Below are positions 48,140 through 56,645 of a stretch of 64,000 nt of DNA, piece after piece (position 1 is the first letter of the stretch; every line of letters begins with the position of its first letter). Position numbers and translations under genes: made by a program. The notes beneath the pieces are model-generated. The model made no database searches. It was not told the origin of the DNA and was given only the letters and a program-made list of their open reading frames with translations. The stretch lies in the IMG/VR virus record IMGVR_UViG_3300023243_000074. One strand, written 5' to 3'. The DNA comes from an uncultured virus (IMG/VR IMGVR_UViG_3300023243_000074) (lineage: Duplodnaviria; Heunggongvirae; Uroviricota; Caudoviricetes).

Positions 48140-48889
48140 TTATACTTTGGTCAGAGTAATTGTAGGATATTTAACGAATCCAGTGGTGTCTTTCTTCGCT
48201 TTGCCCTTTGCATACAAGCCAACTATGACGCCTTTCGGGTCGAGGAAGCGTAGGTCGCTCTCATCTCCGTTAAATACTGGCAACCCATTGTATGACTCGG
48301 GCATAGCAAGAGTCTTCTTGATACCGAATACAGTAGCAATGTTATACCCCTGACCGATAGCCTTGCGTACATCAGTATCGTTGCCATCTGCGTCTGAGAA
48401 CGTCAAGTGATAGTTAGGAATGTTTAACACCTTACGACCGAGGATCTTGGTGTAGTCATAGAACTGTACCTCTGGAAACGCACTGAACACATTCTTGTAT
48501 GTAACTCCAGCACGAACCACTTCATATTTCTCAAAGGCAAGGTCTGATGTTCCATTGAGTCGGAACACCGGAGTCAAATCTACCTTAGCAGACTGCTTGA
48601 TACCCAACTCAATATCTTTGACCAGTTGGGGCATGAACACCTCACGGGACTCGAAGAACATCTTGGTCTTGCGGATACGAGCTTGTTGGATGACGTTAGT
48701 GGCCTCCCCCTTCTTGAACAGACCACCACGCCCAGCAGTATTGAGACAAGCATCAGTACAACCAGCGGTTCTCTTGGCACATGTCTCGTATCCTGACAAA
48801 TTTGCCGGAGCGAGGTGTAGTATGTAAGTATTATATCCCTGCTTTGTACCCTTGAGTACTTTGGGGTTGCCTGTAGATAGTAATTTCAT
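48140..48889 (-). CDS. GP88-like protein (Cys-triad, radical-SAM-like fold)
   Basis: C-X6-C-X3-C (CAKRTAGCTDAC), RLNGTSD, FYDYTK, NYHLTFS, GDESDLRFLD. Confidence 0.65.
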   Translation of the reverse strand: MKLLSTGNPKVLKGTKQGYNTYILHLAPANLSGYETCAKRTAGCTDACLNTAGRGGLFKKGEATNVIQQARIRKTKMFFESREVFMPQLVKDIELGIKQSAKVDLTPVFRLNGTSDLAFEKYEVVRAGVTYKNVFSAFPEVQFYDYTKILGRKVLNIPNYHLTFSDADGNDTDVRKAIGQGYNIATVFGIKKTLAMPESYNGLPVFNGDESDLRFLDPKGVIVGLYAKGKAKKDTTGFVKYPTITLTKV

Positions 48890-48917
48890 GGAGACCTTTG
48901 TTTCAAACTATGATACT

Positions 48918-48980
48918 AGTATAACACAAAAAAATACCCCATGCAAGTGTAGGGGTATTATTTGTTGTATTAATGCAACA
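48918..48980 (-). promoter_or_regulatory. Early promoter cassette 3 (TTGCAT-N17-TATACT) with a stem-loop over the -35
   Basis: aatacccc...ggggtatt inverted repeat followed by a T-run on the minus strand; palindrome at 48963-48980. Confidence 0.8.
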
Positions 48981-49160
48981 TTATTCGGGTGCTAGTTCAA
49001 GGTCTTCTAGCATCTCCTCGATCATCTCACTGGTCATGGTAGTCAAACATGCATCTAAAAGTTCCTTAGCGGAGATCCTACGAGTCTTAACCATTCGTTC
49101 AGCAAATATATGCGGAGCAACTTTAAATAATTCCCAATTAGTTAATTTATTAATATTCAT
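48981..49160 (-). CDS. Small hypothetical early protein (59 aa, not in the ORF track)
   Basis: MNINKLTNWELFKVAPHIFAERMVK...LELAPE with AAGGA SD. Confidence 0.6.
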   Translation of the reverse strand: MNINKLTNWELFKVAPHIFAERMVKTRRISAKELLDACLTTMTSEMIEEMLEDLELAPE

Positions 49161-49189
49161 TTTAAATTTCCTTAATTAATACAATAGAT

Positions 49190-49354
49190 TTAAACAATTT
49201 CATTAATTTCAATTACAATTTCGTAAATTGGGGTAGAATCTGAATTATTTAACCACATAGTAACTATTTTAATAGCTTCTTTTTTTGTTTGGGCTTCTAC
49301 TGTAAATACAGATAAAAATTCATCAGTAATACGGACTATGAAAGGGGAAGACAT
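49190..49354 (-). CDS. Small hypothetical early protein (54 aa, not in the ORF track)
   Basis: MSSPFIVRITDEF...INEIV with AAGGAG SD behind cassette 4. Confidence 0.6.
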   Translation of the reverse strand: MSSPFIVRITDEFLSVFTVEAQTKKEAIKIVTMWLNNSDSTPIYEIVIEINEIV

Positions 49355-49386
49355 TTGAAAAACTCCTTATTAACTAAACAGAGTTC

Positions 49387-49449
49387 AGTATAACACAAAA
49401 AAATACCCTACGCAATGGTAGGGTTATTAATCGTTGTTTAAATACAACA
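49387..49449 (-). promoter_or_regulatory. Early promoter cassette 4 (TTGCGT-N17-TATACT) with stem-loop
   Basis: accctac-gcaatg-gtagggt inverted repeat; palindrome at 49432-49449. Confidence 0.75.
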
Positions 49450-49526
49450 GGAGCGATTTAAGGAGTTTAAACCTCTTAGGGACATGTTAGTATCACCCAG
49501 GCTGGGTAATCTCCTTACAATCGGTT

Positions 49527-50114
49527 TTATTGCTCCGGTTCTGGCATACCACGCAACAACATTAGGATGTCAAGGGCGCAATCGTCTACAGGATGGTGCT
49601 TTAGTACTGAGTTCATGTCTAAATTGGCAACTTTACAGTAACCATTAGTACTACCCGTGAGCATATCAATTGCAGTGCGCATATCACGCCAGCGAGCAAA
49701 GTTGATAATCGGTTCCACGCCGCACTTATTTGTTAGGCTGTCGATCGCCATCTGGTCCAAAGACCCTCTCGCCCACATGGTCTCGTTGTTCAACTTACCT
49801 TGAGCATACTTGTTAATGTACTTCTTGATCGCAGCAATGCCTTCTTCTACCTTGATATCGTCTGGTTTAGTGTCGAAACTCTGACTGCGTTGGTACTCGC
49901 CCTGCTTTGCCCACCAATCCAAGGTGGATTTAGTGATGGTGCGATCCAGGCGCTTTAGTTGGTCTTTAGCATCCAGTTTAACGAACAGCCCGCGTTCAAC
50001 TAGTTCTTTATAACTGATGTCGGCATCTTTTTCTGGGTCAAAGTAAATGATACCCGCAGACAGAATTACCGTAGTAGATTCTACTCCGAGGGTTTCAATA
50101 TCAAACATAAACAT
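49527..50114 (-). CDS. 3'-5' exonuclease, DEDDh family (DexA-like)
   Basis: FDIETLG, TLDWW, WARG..D, RDMRT, HHPVDDC. Confidence 0.85.
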   Translation of the reverse strand: MFMFDIETLGVESTTVILSAGIIYFDPEKDADISYKELVERGLFVKLDAKDQLKRLDRTITKSTLDWWAKQGEYQRSQSFDTKPDDIKVEEGIAAIKKYINKYAQGKLNNETMWARGSLDQMAIDSLTNKCGVEPIINFARWRDMRTAIDMLTGSTNGYCKVANLDMNSVLKHHPVDDCALDILMLLRGMPEPEQ

Positions 50115-50146
50115 ATTATAGTTTCTCTCAATCTAAATTACAAAAA

Positions 50147-50509
50147 TTACTTTTTCTTTGGACGAACTGCTTGCTTCTTAGCGCGTTTCTGTGGAGCATT
50201 AGGAGCAAGTGGATCAGTTGGTGCTGGTATATTAGTAGGTTTCTGGACAGGTGTTGGTTTCTTTACAGCGGAGTTCTTCTTCTTATAGTTATTATTTTTC
50301 TTCGGAAGTGTTTTCTTCACTTCTTGCGTGGCAACAGGTTTTTCCTCAGTGGGAAATGGCCATGCCGGTTGAGGGATTAATGCAGCAGGAGTATCTTCTT
50401 CAACAACTGGTGCAACTAGTTCCAGTGTAGGGGTAATGCGCACAGGTTCAGAATCTAGAACTTCTTCTAGGGGTTTGCTCTTAAATAGGTTTTTAATAAA
50501 TGTAAACAT
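50147..50509 (-). CDS. Pro/Lys-rich low-complexity hypothetical protein
   Basis: 120 aa with AWPFP motif and basic tail. Confidence 0.6.
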   Translation of the reverse strand: MFTFIKNLFKSKPLEEVLDSEPVRITPTLELVAPVVEEDTPAALIPQPAWPFPTEEKPVATQEVKKTLPKKNNNYKKKNSAVKKPTPVQKPTNIPAPTDPLAPNAPQKRAKKQAVRPKKK

Positions 50510-50552
50510 GGTATAATCTCCGTTAATGTTTAGGTAAATAATTATATAGGGG

Positions 50553-50747
50553 TTATCGGGATTCGCCTACACAATACCCCTTGCTCGAAGTACCTTCAAA
50601 GGTTCGAGAGAGTTGTTGTAGTGCAGTTTCGCATCGCTCCTGAGAAGGAAAACTGTCCATAACGACTGGAGAGTTTAGGTATGCTGCGGATGGTACTTCC
50701 GCGACATTGATATTAAAAATCAATATCCATTGTGCTAATGCGTTCAT
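50553..50747 (-). CDS. Hypothetical protein
   Basis: 64-aa ORF, co-oriented and overlapping its neighbour. Confidence 0.55.
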   Translation of the reverse strand: MNALAQWILIFNINVAEVPSAAYLNSPVVMDSFPSQERCETALQQLSRTFEGTSSKGYCVGESR

Positions 50748-50983
50748 TGTTTAGCCAGCCGTCTTCTAACTTCTGCATGTGCTACTTCGACGACCTTGTC
50801 TTGGTTAGTTTCAAATAACACTCTTGGGATTTCCATACTCATATACACATTAGGCGATTTCCACCAGCGTTCTATGATAACCTCGTCTCCATTGTATAAT
50901 GCGTTGAGCATCTTGTTAACTCGGATCTTCTTAAACTCGTATGGACTAGGTAAGTCTGGAATTGGTGCTGCGTCAGATGACAT
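50744..50983 (-). CDS. Hypothetical protein
   Basis: 79-aa ORF with RWWKSPN. Confidence 0.55.
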   Translation of the reverse strand: MSSDAAPIPDLPSPYEFKKIRVNKMLNALYNGDEVIIERWWKSPNVYMSMEIPRVLFETNQDKVVEVAHAEVRRRLAKQ

Positions 50984-50992
50984 ATGAATTTC

Positions 50993-51547
50993 CTACAAAT
51001 ATTTTAAATGTGTGTTGATCGTGTACTTAGGTGTTTGGCCAGAGCAATGATTTTCTTTATGGTAGTATCCCCAATAAGAAGGGAATATTATAACCGACCC
51101 TTGTTGAGGGTTCATCTTAAATTTTATATTTGGTGTGAAGTCTGTTTCACCACCCGGACTAACTGAATTCAAGTATATTGTCATGGACAAGAATCGATGA
51201 GATGTGAATGAGTCTTGGGAGTCGGAGTGTATTCGTTTACGAAAATCGTGGTCGGGGTTATATTTTTCCATGTAAGGATCTTCCAATACATATTTGTCTG
51301 GAACCTGACGGTTGATCTTCATACCAGTGTCTTGCCGATATTGTTTATACAACAACTGCATAAGTTCAACAACCTTATTTGAGTACGAATCCCATCTTAG
51401 ATTATCTGAACACTTCATGAAATAGTATTTGTCTCCAGGAGAGTCGATCATCCTTGCCTTATGCAGATTTTCCTCGTAACCCTTTATCAACTTGTTACAA
51501 TCTATATTATCTAATACGTTGTCGTATACTTTTATATATCCAAGCAT
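50993..51547 (-). CDS. 2OG-Fe(II) oxygenase (prolyl-4-hydroxylase-like)
   Basis: HSD, IYLN..GGETDF, IFPSYWGYYH, KY. Confidence 0.8.
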   Translation of the reverse strand: MLGYIKVYDNVLDNIDCNKLIKGYEENLHKARMIDSPGDKYYFMKCSDNLRWDSYSNKVVELMQLLYKQYRQDTGMKINRQVPDKYVLEDPYMEKYNPDHDFRKRIHSDSQDSFTSHRFLSMTIYLNSVSPGGETDFTPNIKFKMNPQQGSVIIFPSYWGYYHKENHCSGQTPKYTINTHLKYL

Positions 51548-51774
51548 CTCGACAATGCAATCTTTGCGTCGATACAATCATCATGGGCAGTATCTTTCTC
51601 TAACTGCTTTAGCGCAGCAACTTCAATAAGAGACATACCATATTCAAAGTCACCCCAACCGACATGATCAATCCAGTCTTGAATTTCTTCTGGTGTGTTT
51701 AGTGACAATACTATACGCAAGTCTTGTTTCTGTGTTTGTGTTAGTTCGTTATCTAGTTCAAATGCATCTATCAT
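51532..51774 (-). CDS. Hypothetical protein
   Basis: 80-aa ORF overlapping the ligase stop codon. Confidence 0.55.
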   Translation of the reverse strand: MIDAFELDNELTQTQKQDLRIVLSLNTPEEIQDWIDHVGWGDFEYGMSLIEVAALKQLEKDTAHDDCIDAKIALSRCLDI

Positions 51775-53066
51775 TTAATATCCTTTGTCATGTCTGCAGA
51801 AGTCTTGTCCTCACGAATCTCTAGGAAGATAGGTAAGAACAACGACTCCTCGCCTTGTTTATTACTTATTCTAGCATTATACTTCACTGCGACAATTTTA
51901 GCAAGTAAAAAATCGCGATCAGACCAAAACTCAGTTCGCATAGCGTCAGAAAAACCAGAACCGATAGAGACTTTAAGGAGTCCGTCTGCAGATTCAGCGA
52001 TAACTGCTCCAAGCATTCCTGAGTACTTGCCAGTACCTTCTTGCACATCAACGATTTTAAGATCACAATCTAACTCCGCTTTAAATTTAATCTGAGACTT
52101 GGTACGCTTATCTTCCCAGATACCAGTCATTGATTTGAGGATAATTCCCTCTTCACCTTCAGCAAGGTAAGCGTTAAAGATGCTTCGTGCTTGATCAAGC
52201 GATTCGACATATGTGTTAGTGACGATGCGCAACTTTCCAGCCGAAAAACGAGAGATCTTAATACGAGCAAACCTATCTTCGTACGGAAATGTACAAACGC
52301 CATTTTTAAATTCTTCATATGGTATAACATCCCAAAGTGTTGCAGAAACTAGCATCGCTTCATCTGCTGATATTGTTCCTTTGACTGCCTTGTTAAGAAT
52401 ACCATTACCCGTCTGACGATCCATGTATGAACCATCCTCAGACAACAATACCAACTCACCATCAAAGACTAAGTCATTTCCCTCGGAAAGTGTAATAAAC
52501 TCTTGGGATAAGTTACCCAATAGGTTAATCTCTTTGCCGTTGCGACTGCGGAACTCTACAGCACCATCTTTAACAATAGCATTAAAGCGCATACCATCCA
52601 TCTTAAGTTGCACCATCGCAGGAAACTCAAACTTACTTATAACCTTTTCATCGTATGCGGTACAGAGCATACATGGATACTCGTGAATCATACCAGGCCA
52701 TACCTTATTGACCGTAGAAGCAGCAACTCCACACTTTAGGTCTTTCTGGATAATCCTCTCAATTACCCTTGCATCATCTTGGGGTAGACTTTCCAACATC
52801 GATGCTAACATGTCAATTGCAGCATTACCCGTGTACTCACGAGAGGACAATTTCTTCAACTGTTTACATGCGTTTACGAAAGTGATAGTATGGATACCTC
52901 GTATGTACTTTGGGATCTTGCGAATATAGAACTGTGTGAACGGATCTAGAGCAAGAAAGATAACCGTTTGAAGTGTGTCGTTGTTCTTATACTTCTCAAG
53001 AGTAGCGATCTTAAAGTTACGACTCGCGTCAGATGCTAGTTCATCAAGTATGTTTAGTATAGCCAT
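51771..53066 (-). CDS. gp30: ATP-dependent DNA ligase (gp30)
   Basis: KMDGMR (motif I), FDGEL, EGIILK, KFK, OB-fold GSGFSD, SLFLPIF. Confidence 0.93.
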   Translation of the reverse strand: MAILNILDELASDASRNFKIATLEKYKNNDTLQTVIFLALDPFTQFYIRKIPKYIRGIHTITFVNACKQLKKLSSREYTGNAAIDMLASMLESLPQDDARVIERIIQKDLKCGVAASTVNKVWPGMIHEYPCMLCTAYDEKVISKFEFPAMVQLKMDGMRFNAIVKDGAVEFRSRNGKEINLLGNLSQEFITLSEGNDLVFDGELVLLSEDGSYMDRQTGNGILNKAVKGTISADEAMLVSATLWDVIPYEEFKNGVCTFPYEDRFARIKISRFSAGKLRIVTNTYVESLDQARSIFNAYLAEGEEGIILKSMTGIWEDKRTKSQIKFKAELDCDLKIVDVQEGTGKYSGMLGAVIAESADGLLKVSIGSGFSDAMRTEFWSDRDFLLAKIVAVKYNARISNKQGEESLFLPIFLEIREDKTSADMTKDIK

Positions 53067-53069
53067 ATA

Positions 53070-53249
53070 TCAGTCTTTGTTCAATTTACCATTTAGGTAA
53101 AAGCGGTATTCGCGTTTTAACCACCAGCGATATGCGTTAAAGTACTTTGACAGTGTATGGTCAGATGGGATAATCTCAGACCACCCTAATAGTTCCTCTT
53201 GGTTCTCGTAGTACTTTTCTTGAACCCAATTTCTAAATTTCATTGCCAT
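53070..53249 (-). CDS. Small hypothetical protein (59 aa, not in the ORF track)
   Basis: MAMKFRNWVQEKYYENQEE...YRWWLKREYR fills the gap before the ligase. Confidence 0.65.
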   Translation of the reverse strand: MAMKFRNWVQEKYYENQEELLGWSEIIPSDHTLSKYFNAYRWWLKREYRFYLNGKLNKD

Positions 53250-53250
53250 G

Positions 53251-53493
53251 TTATGATATCAAATCCTGTAATTCCCACTTCGCATCGTGGATGGTTTTAC
53301 ACTTAGCACCATTGACCGTGATGTTTCTATTGGTAACGATCTTAACTTTGAAGTACTCGTTGCTCAAGTCCCAATGCGAGCGAGACTTAACTTTAGTCGC
53401 CCGCTGGCCAGTTGCAAAGAACATAGTGTCCATCAACTCATCTGCGGCGATTTTGCGTAGGAAGTGAATATTAGCCACGGTAGTCAAACGCAC
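53251..53493 (-). CDS. Hypothetical protein
   Basis: 80-aa ORF in an operon. Confidence 0.55.
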   Translation of the reverse strand: MRLTTVANIHFLRKIAADELMDTMFFATGQRATKVKSRSHWDLSNEYFKVKIVTNRNITVNGAKCKTIHDAKWELQDLIS

Positions 53494-53710
53494 TTTCTTG
53501 ATTTAGGTACTGCTCGCGCTCCCACGCAGCCTGCATACTATCTGCAACTTGCCTGGCACTTTCTTCAGTGTATATAGTTGCGGGTTGAAATTGCCGCCCT
53601 GAACGATTACCCATATTATCTCCCTCATCCCATTCTATGACCGTCCAGTATGAGCGGCGATCATTGTCACATTCATAATCTTCAAACTCGGCTGTAAATT
53701 TGCGATTCAT
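53471..53710 (-). CDS. Hypothetical protein
   Basis: 79-aa ORF in an operon. Confidence 0.55.
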   Translation of the reverse strand: MNRKFTAEFEDYECDNDRRSYWTVIEWDEGDNMGNRSGRQFQPATIYTEESARQVADSMQAAWEREQYLNQESAFDYRG

Positions 53711-53958
53711 AATTTCAATTCTTTCAAAGGGCGCAAGGTCCTGCTCAACACGCTAATGAAATGACTAGTCGTGTCATTGATAACCATTGGCAAATCAAGA
53801 TGCACAATAGCAACCGACACACCCTCGGCATTCATGCTACTACAGTTACCAACGGTTCCCATGAAAGGGATCTTACCAAATTTTCCAGCAACACGATCCC
53901 CGATAGAGTACTTCTCGGTGATAGCCTTCTTATCAAAATATTCGGTTAAAGTGCTCAT
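53707..53958 (-). CDS. Hypothetical protein (SH3-like)
   Basis: YSIGDRVAGKFGKIPFMGTV..VHLDLP. Confidence 0.6.
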   Translation of the reverse strand: MSTLTEYFDKKAITEKYSIGDRVAGKFGKIPFMGTVGNCSSMNAEGVSVAIVHLDLPMVINDTTSHFISVLSRTLRPLKELKL

Positions 53959-54185
53959 ATAGTCTTTCCAGTCATCTTTGTATAGTAGTCACGATCTGCA
54001 ATAGTGTATTGGTACAGAGGGTATGAAGGATCATTAGGAAATATACCGCTCTTCTTACATAAGCGAGTCAACGCTCCCCGAGCAGCACCCATACCGTAGT
54101 ATTGCACACTGACGCCAGAGTTGGTCTTGGTTTTCAAGACCTCGTATGTTTTCTTGTCGTAGATGATAAAAATTTGTTTGGACAT
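53955..54185 (-). CDS. Hypothetical protein
   Basis: 76-aa ORF overlapping the next gene's start. Confidence 0.55.
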   Translation of the reverse strand: MSKQIFIIYDKKTYEVLKTKTNSGVSVQYYGMGAARGALTRLCKKSGIFPNDPSYPLYQYTIADRDYYTKMTGKTI

Positions 54186-54252
54186 GTGTATTATCGAGTA
54201 TTAATCTAAAATGGTAAATATGGGTCAACCAAAAGTTTGTAATACTTGCGTA

Positions 54253-54552
54253 TTACATTCTCCAGTAAGTTTCTGAGCTTGGGCTACAGTAGTAGGGCGT
54301 GTCATAACGCTCTTGAAACTCTATGCCACCCATTAAGTTTTGTTTGGTCACAAAGGTTTCAAACACGTTGGCTACTACGCCATCTCTACGAAAGTCTTCT
54401 GCAAGACACTCAATGTAGTCTTTGGTGCTGGGAGCATAGTCCATCACTTTAATAAAACGCAAGCCTGCCTTGTTTTTGCCGTGGCGCTCATCACGTTTGA
54501 TACGCTTGTCTGCTTTGTAGATTTCAATTGTGTATTCAGTTAACTTAGACAT
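54253..54552 (-). CDS. Hypothetical early protein
   Basis: MSKLTEYTIEIYKADKR...TPYYCSPSSETYW; start reassigned to ATG 54552 with SD. Confidence 0.7.
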   Translation of the reverse strand: MSKLTEYTIEIYKADKRIKRDERHGKNKAGLRFIKVMDYAPSTKDYIECLAEDFRRDGVVANVFETFVTKQNLMGGIEFQERYDTPYYCSPSSETYWRM

Positions 54553-54582
54553 TTTCAATTCCTTTTTCCTAATGTATGAGTT

Positions 54583-54645
54583 ATTATAACACGAACACAA
54601 TACCCTACGCAAGTGTAAGGGTATTAATGATGCTTGTAAACAACA
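54583..54645 (-). promoter_or_regulatory. Early promoter cassette 5 (TTGCGT...TATAAT) with stem-loop
   Basis: aataccctac-gcaagt-gtaagggtatt imperfect inverted repeat; TGATG-N8-CAACA at 54628-54645. Confidence 0.7.
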
Positions 54646-54736
54646 CTTCGTAGGATAACCACAGAAAAATTGTAACCTTTAGTATTACTGGGATCATAAG
54701 GAATACTATGACAATGAATAGGAGAATTTGTAACAT
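54605..54736 (-). CDS. Small hydrophobic membrane peptide (43 aa), apparently leaderless
   Basis: MLQILLFIVIVFLMIPVILKVTIFLWLSYEVLF...; ATG 6 nt after TATAAT. Confidence 0.45.
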   Translation of the reverse strand: MLQILLFIVIVFLMIPVILKVTIFLWLSYEVLFTSIINTLTLA

Positions 54737-54742
54737 GAAGCT

Positions 54743-54792
54743 ATTATACCATAAAAAACGGGACTTTGCAGTCCCGTGGTAAAAATACAACA
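54743..54792 (-). promoter_or_regulatory. Early promoter cassette 6 overlapping a terminator hairpin
   Basis: acgggact-ttgc-agtcccgt plus T-run on the minus strand, then TGG-TATAAT. Confidence 0.65.
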
Positions 54793-54796
54793 TGTT

Positions 54797-56209
54797 TTAG
54801 AATATTTTTACATCATATAATTTTTCAAATTGCATGGCATCTTGCCAAGAATCTACCATAGGCATCCCTCGTATATTCAATGAAGTATTGAGTAACATTG
54901 GACATCCAGTCTTAATATACCATGATTCTAATACTTTCCGTAATATTGTATTATCATCTTTATATACAAGTTGTACTCTACTGGTATTATCTGCATGTAT
55001 TATTGCTGGAAACTGTTCTGAGAATTTACATTCTGCAGTTGTTGACATATATCTTGACATACTCCCACGGAAATATTGTTCAGCGTGTTCAGCCAATATA
55101 GAAGGAGCAAATGGTCTAAACAATTGTCGTTTTTTAATATTATTAACCAAATTCTTTATATCAATTCCCCTTGGGTCTGCAATTAGGCTTCTATTACCCA
55201 ATGCTCTAGGTCCGAATTCAGACTTTCCATTAGCAATACCACATATTTTATTTGTAATTAAATATTCAGTCAATTCATCAATTTGAACTTTCCTATTGAT
55301 TTCTCTTCCAAGATATGGACCATTCCAGTTAAGTTTCTTTTTATAACTTAATGCAGCAGCACCTAATGCTGATCCTGCATCTCCAGGGTTTGGCATAATC
55401 CATATATCACCATATTCTTTAATCAACTTCGAATTAGCAACGCAATTTAATGCAACACCACCAGCATAACAAATATTATTACTATGTGACTTAGCGATAG
55501 AGAATATTTTACGCAATGAATTTTCTAATACAACTTGGGCAGTTGTAGATATATCGACGTTAGGATAGTTAGATAACTGACTGGTATAAGTGCCTATGCC
55601 GCGGTGTAGATTAGAACTCTTTAAATTTTCTAATAACTTTTCAAGTTCTGGATCGTGTTTACCGAACGCTGCCATACCCATGAAGATATATTCTTCTTCT
55701 AATGGTTTGAGTCCGACATGTTTAGTAAGGGCAGAATACCATAGTCCTATGCTATTGGGGTATTTCTGAGAGTATATTTTTTTATATTTTGCGATTCTAC
55801 AATTGTCGTAGTACGCAGACCATATTGAAACCGTGTCCCATTCACCAATACTATCGACCACCACACAAGAAGCTTCTAAATAATCTGAAGTTTGAAATGC
55901 AGCAGCGGCATGAGAGAGGTGATGTGAATGGTTAACTTCCGCAGTTATTGTCTGTCTGCGTTTAGTGAATGCAGTTTTATATTGACCAGCATATATTTGA
56001 CGCGACTTCTTCAGTATGGGATTTTCGTAATAAGCACTTTTACTAATTTCATAAGAATCTAGTAGTTCAATTTGCCAAGGGCTAATATACCTATCGTGTT
56101 TCACCCCAGATGATCGCTCAGAGTGAGATGCATGAACAATATCACCATTATTAGGGTCTATGATTGCAATTGCTGCATCATGAAACCCTTCACTAATTCC
56201 TAATATCAT
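54797..56209 (-). CDS. Carbamoyltransferase, NodU/CmcH family
   Basis: GISEGFHDAA, HHLSHAA, GGVALNC, EFGPRALGNRS, FRPFAP, LLNTSLN. Confidence 0.93.
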   Translation of the reverse strand: MILGISEGFHDAAIAIIDPNNGDIVHASHSERSSGVKHDRYISPWQIELLDSYEISKSAYYENPILKKSRQIYAGQYKTAFTKRRQTITAEVNHSHHLSHAAAAFQTSDYLEASCVVVDSIGEWDTVSIWSAYYDNCRIAKYKKIYSQKYPNSIGLWYSALTKHVGLKPLEEEYIFMGMAAFGKHDPELEKLLENLKSSNLHRGIGTYTSQLSNYPNVDISTTAQVVLENSLRKIFSIAKSHSNNICYAGGVALNCVANSKLIKEYGDIWIMPNPGDAGSALGAAALSYKKKLNWNGPYLGREINRKVQIDELTEYLITNKICGIANGKSEFGPRALGNRSLIADPRGIDIKNLVNNIKKRQLFRPFAPSILAEHAEQYFRGSMSRYMSTTAECKFSEQFPAIIHADNTSRVQLVYKDDNTILRKVLESWYIKTGCPMLLNTSLNIRGMPMVDSWQDAMQFEKLYDVKIF

Positions 56210-56217
56210 ATATGATT

Positions 56218-56316
56218 TTATTCTTCGTATATGAAAGGGTCCGCTTTTCTCAATTCTTTTATACGTTTCTTCAACCTGAAGTAGTTAACTAATTTATAAT
56301 AGAGGTTTATCAACAT
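56218..56316 (-). CDS. 32-aa peptide upstream of the carbamoyltransferase (not in the ORF track)
   Basis: MLINLYYKLVNYFRLKKRIKELRKADPFIYEE; stop 8 nt before the carbamoyltransferase ATG. Confidence 0.6.
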   Translation of the reverse strand: MLINLYYKLVNYFRLKKRIKELRKADPFIYEE

Positions 56317-56626
56317 AACTAGCGTTCGTTTTGTAGTCGACACCGATGCTAATGATACATGCATACGATGTTTCCTTTATTAAAAGGAATAGTGTCATTT
56401 CGTTAGTTTCGGGAGATACCATAACAACATAACGACCAACTCGAGAATCTACCCATGTTGCAGTTAATTGCTCGCCGTAGTCTTGCATCGACAGAGCAAG
56501 CAAGGGTTCTGATTTACCACACTCGACAGGCAGGTTATCATTATGTATTTCTGTCGCAGGAACTTCGCCGGCGAAACCACTGAACATGACAACCGAAAAC
56601 GCAATTGCGATAATTGATTTTAACAT
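56294..56626 (-). CDS. Secreted/periplasmic hypothetical protein
   Basis: Signal-peptide-like N-terminus MLKSIIAIAFSVVMFSGFAG and two Cys. Confidence 0.6.
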   Translation of the reverse strand: MLKSIIAIAFSVVMFSGFAGEVPATEIHNDNLPVECGKSEPLLALSMQDYGEQLTATWVDSRVGRYVVMVSPETNEMTLFLLIKETSYACIISIGVDYKTNASYVDKPLL

Positions 56627-56645
56627 AGCAAAGTTCCTTATATAA

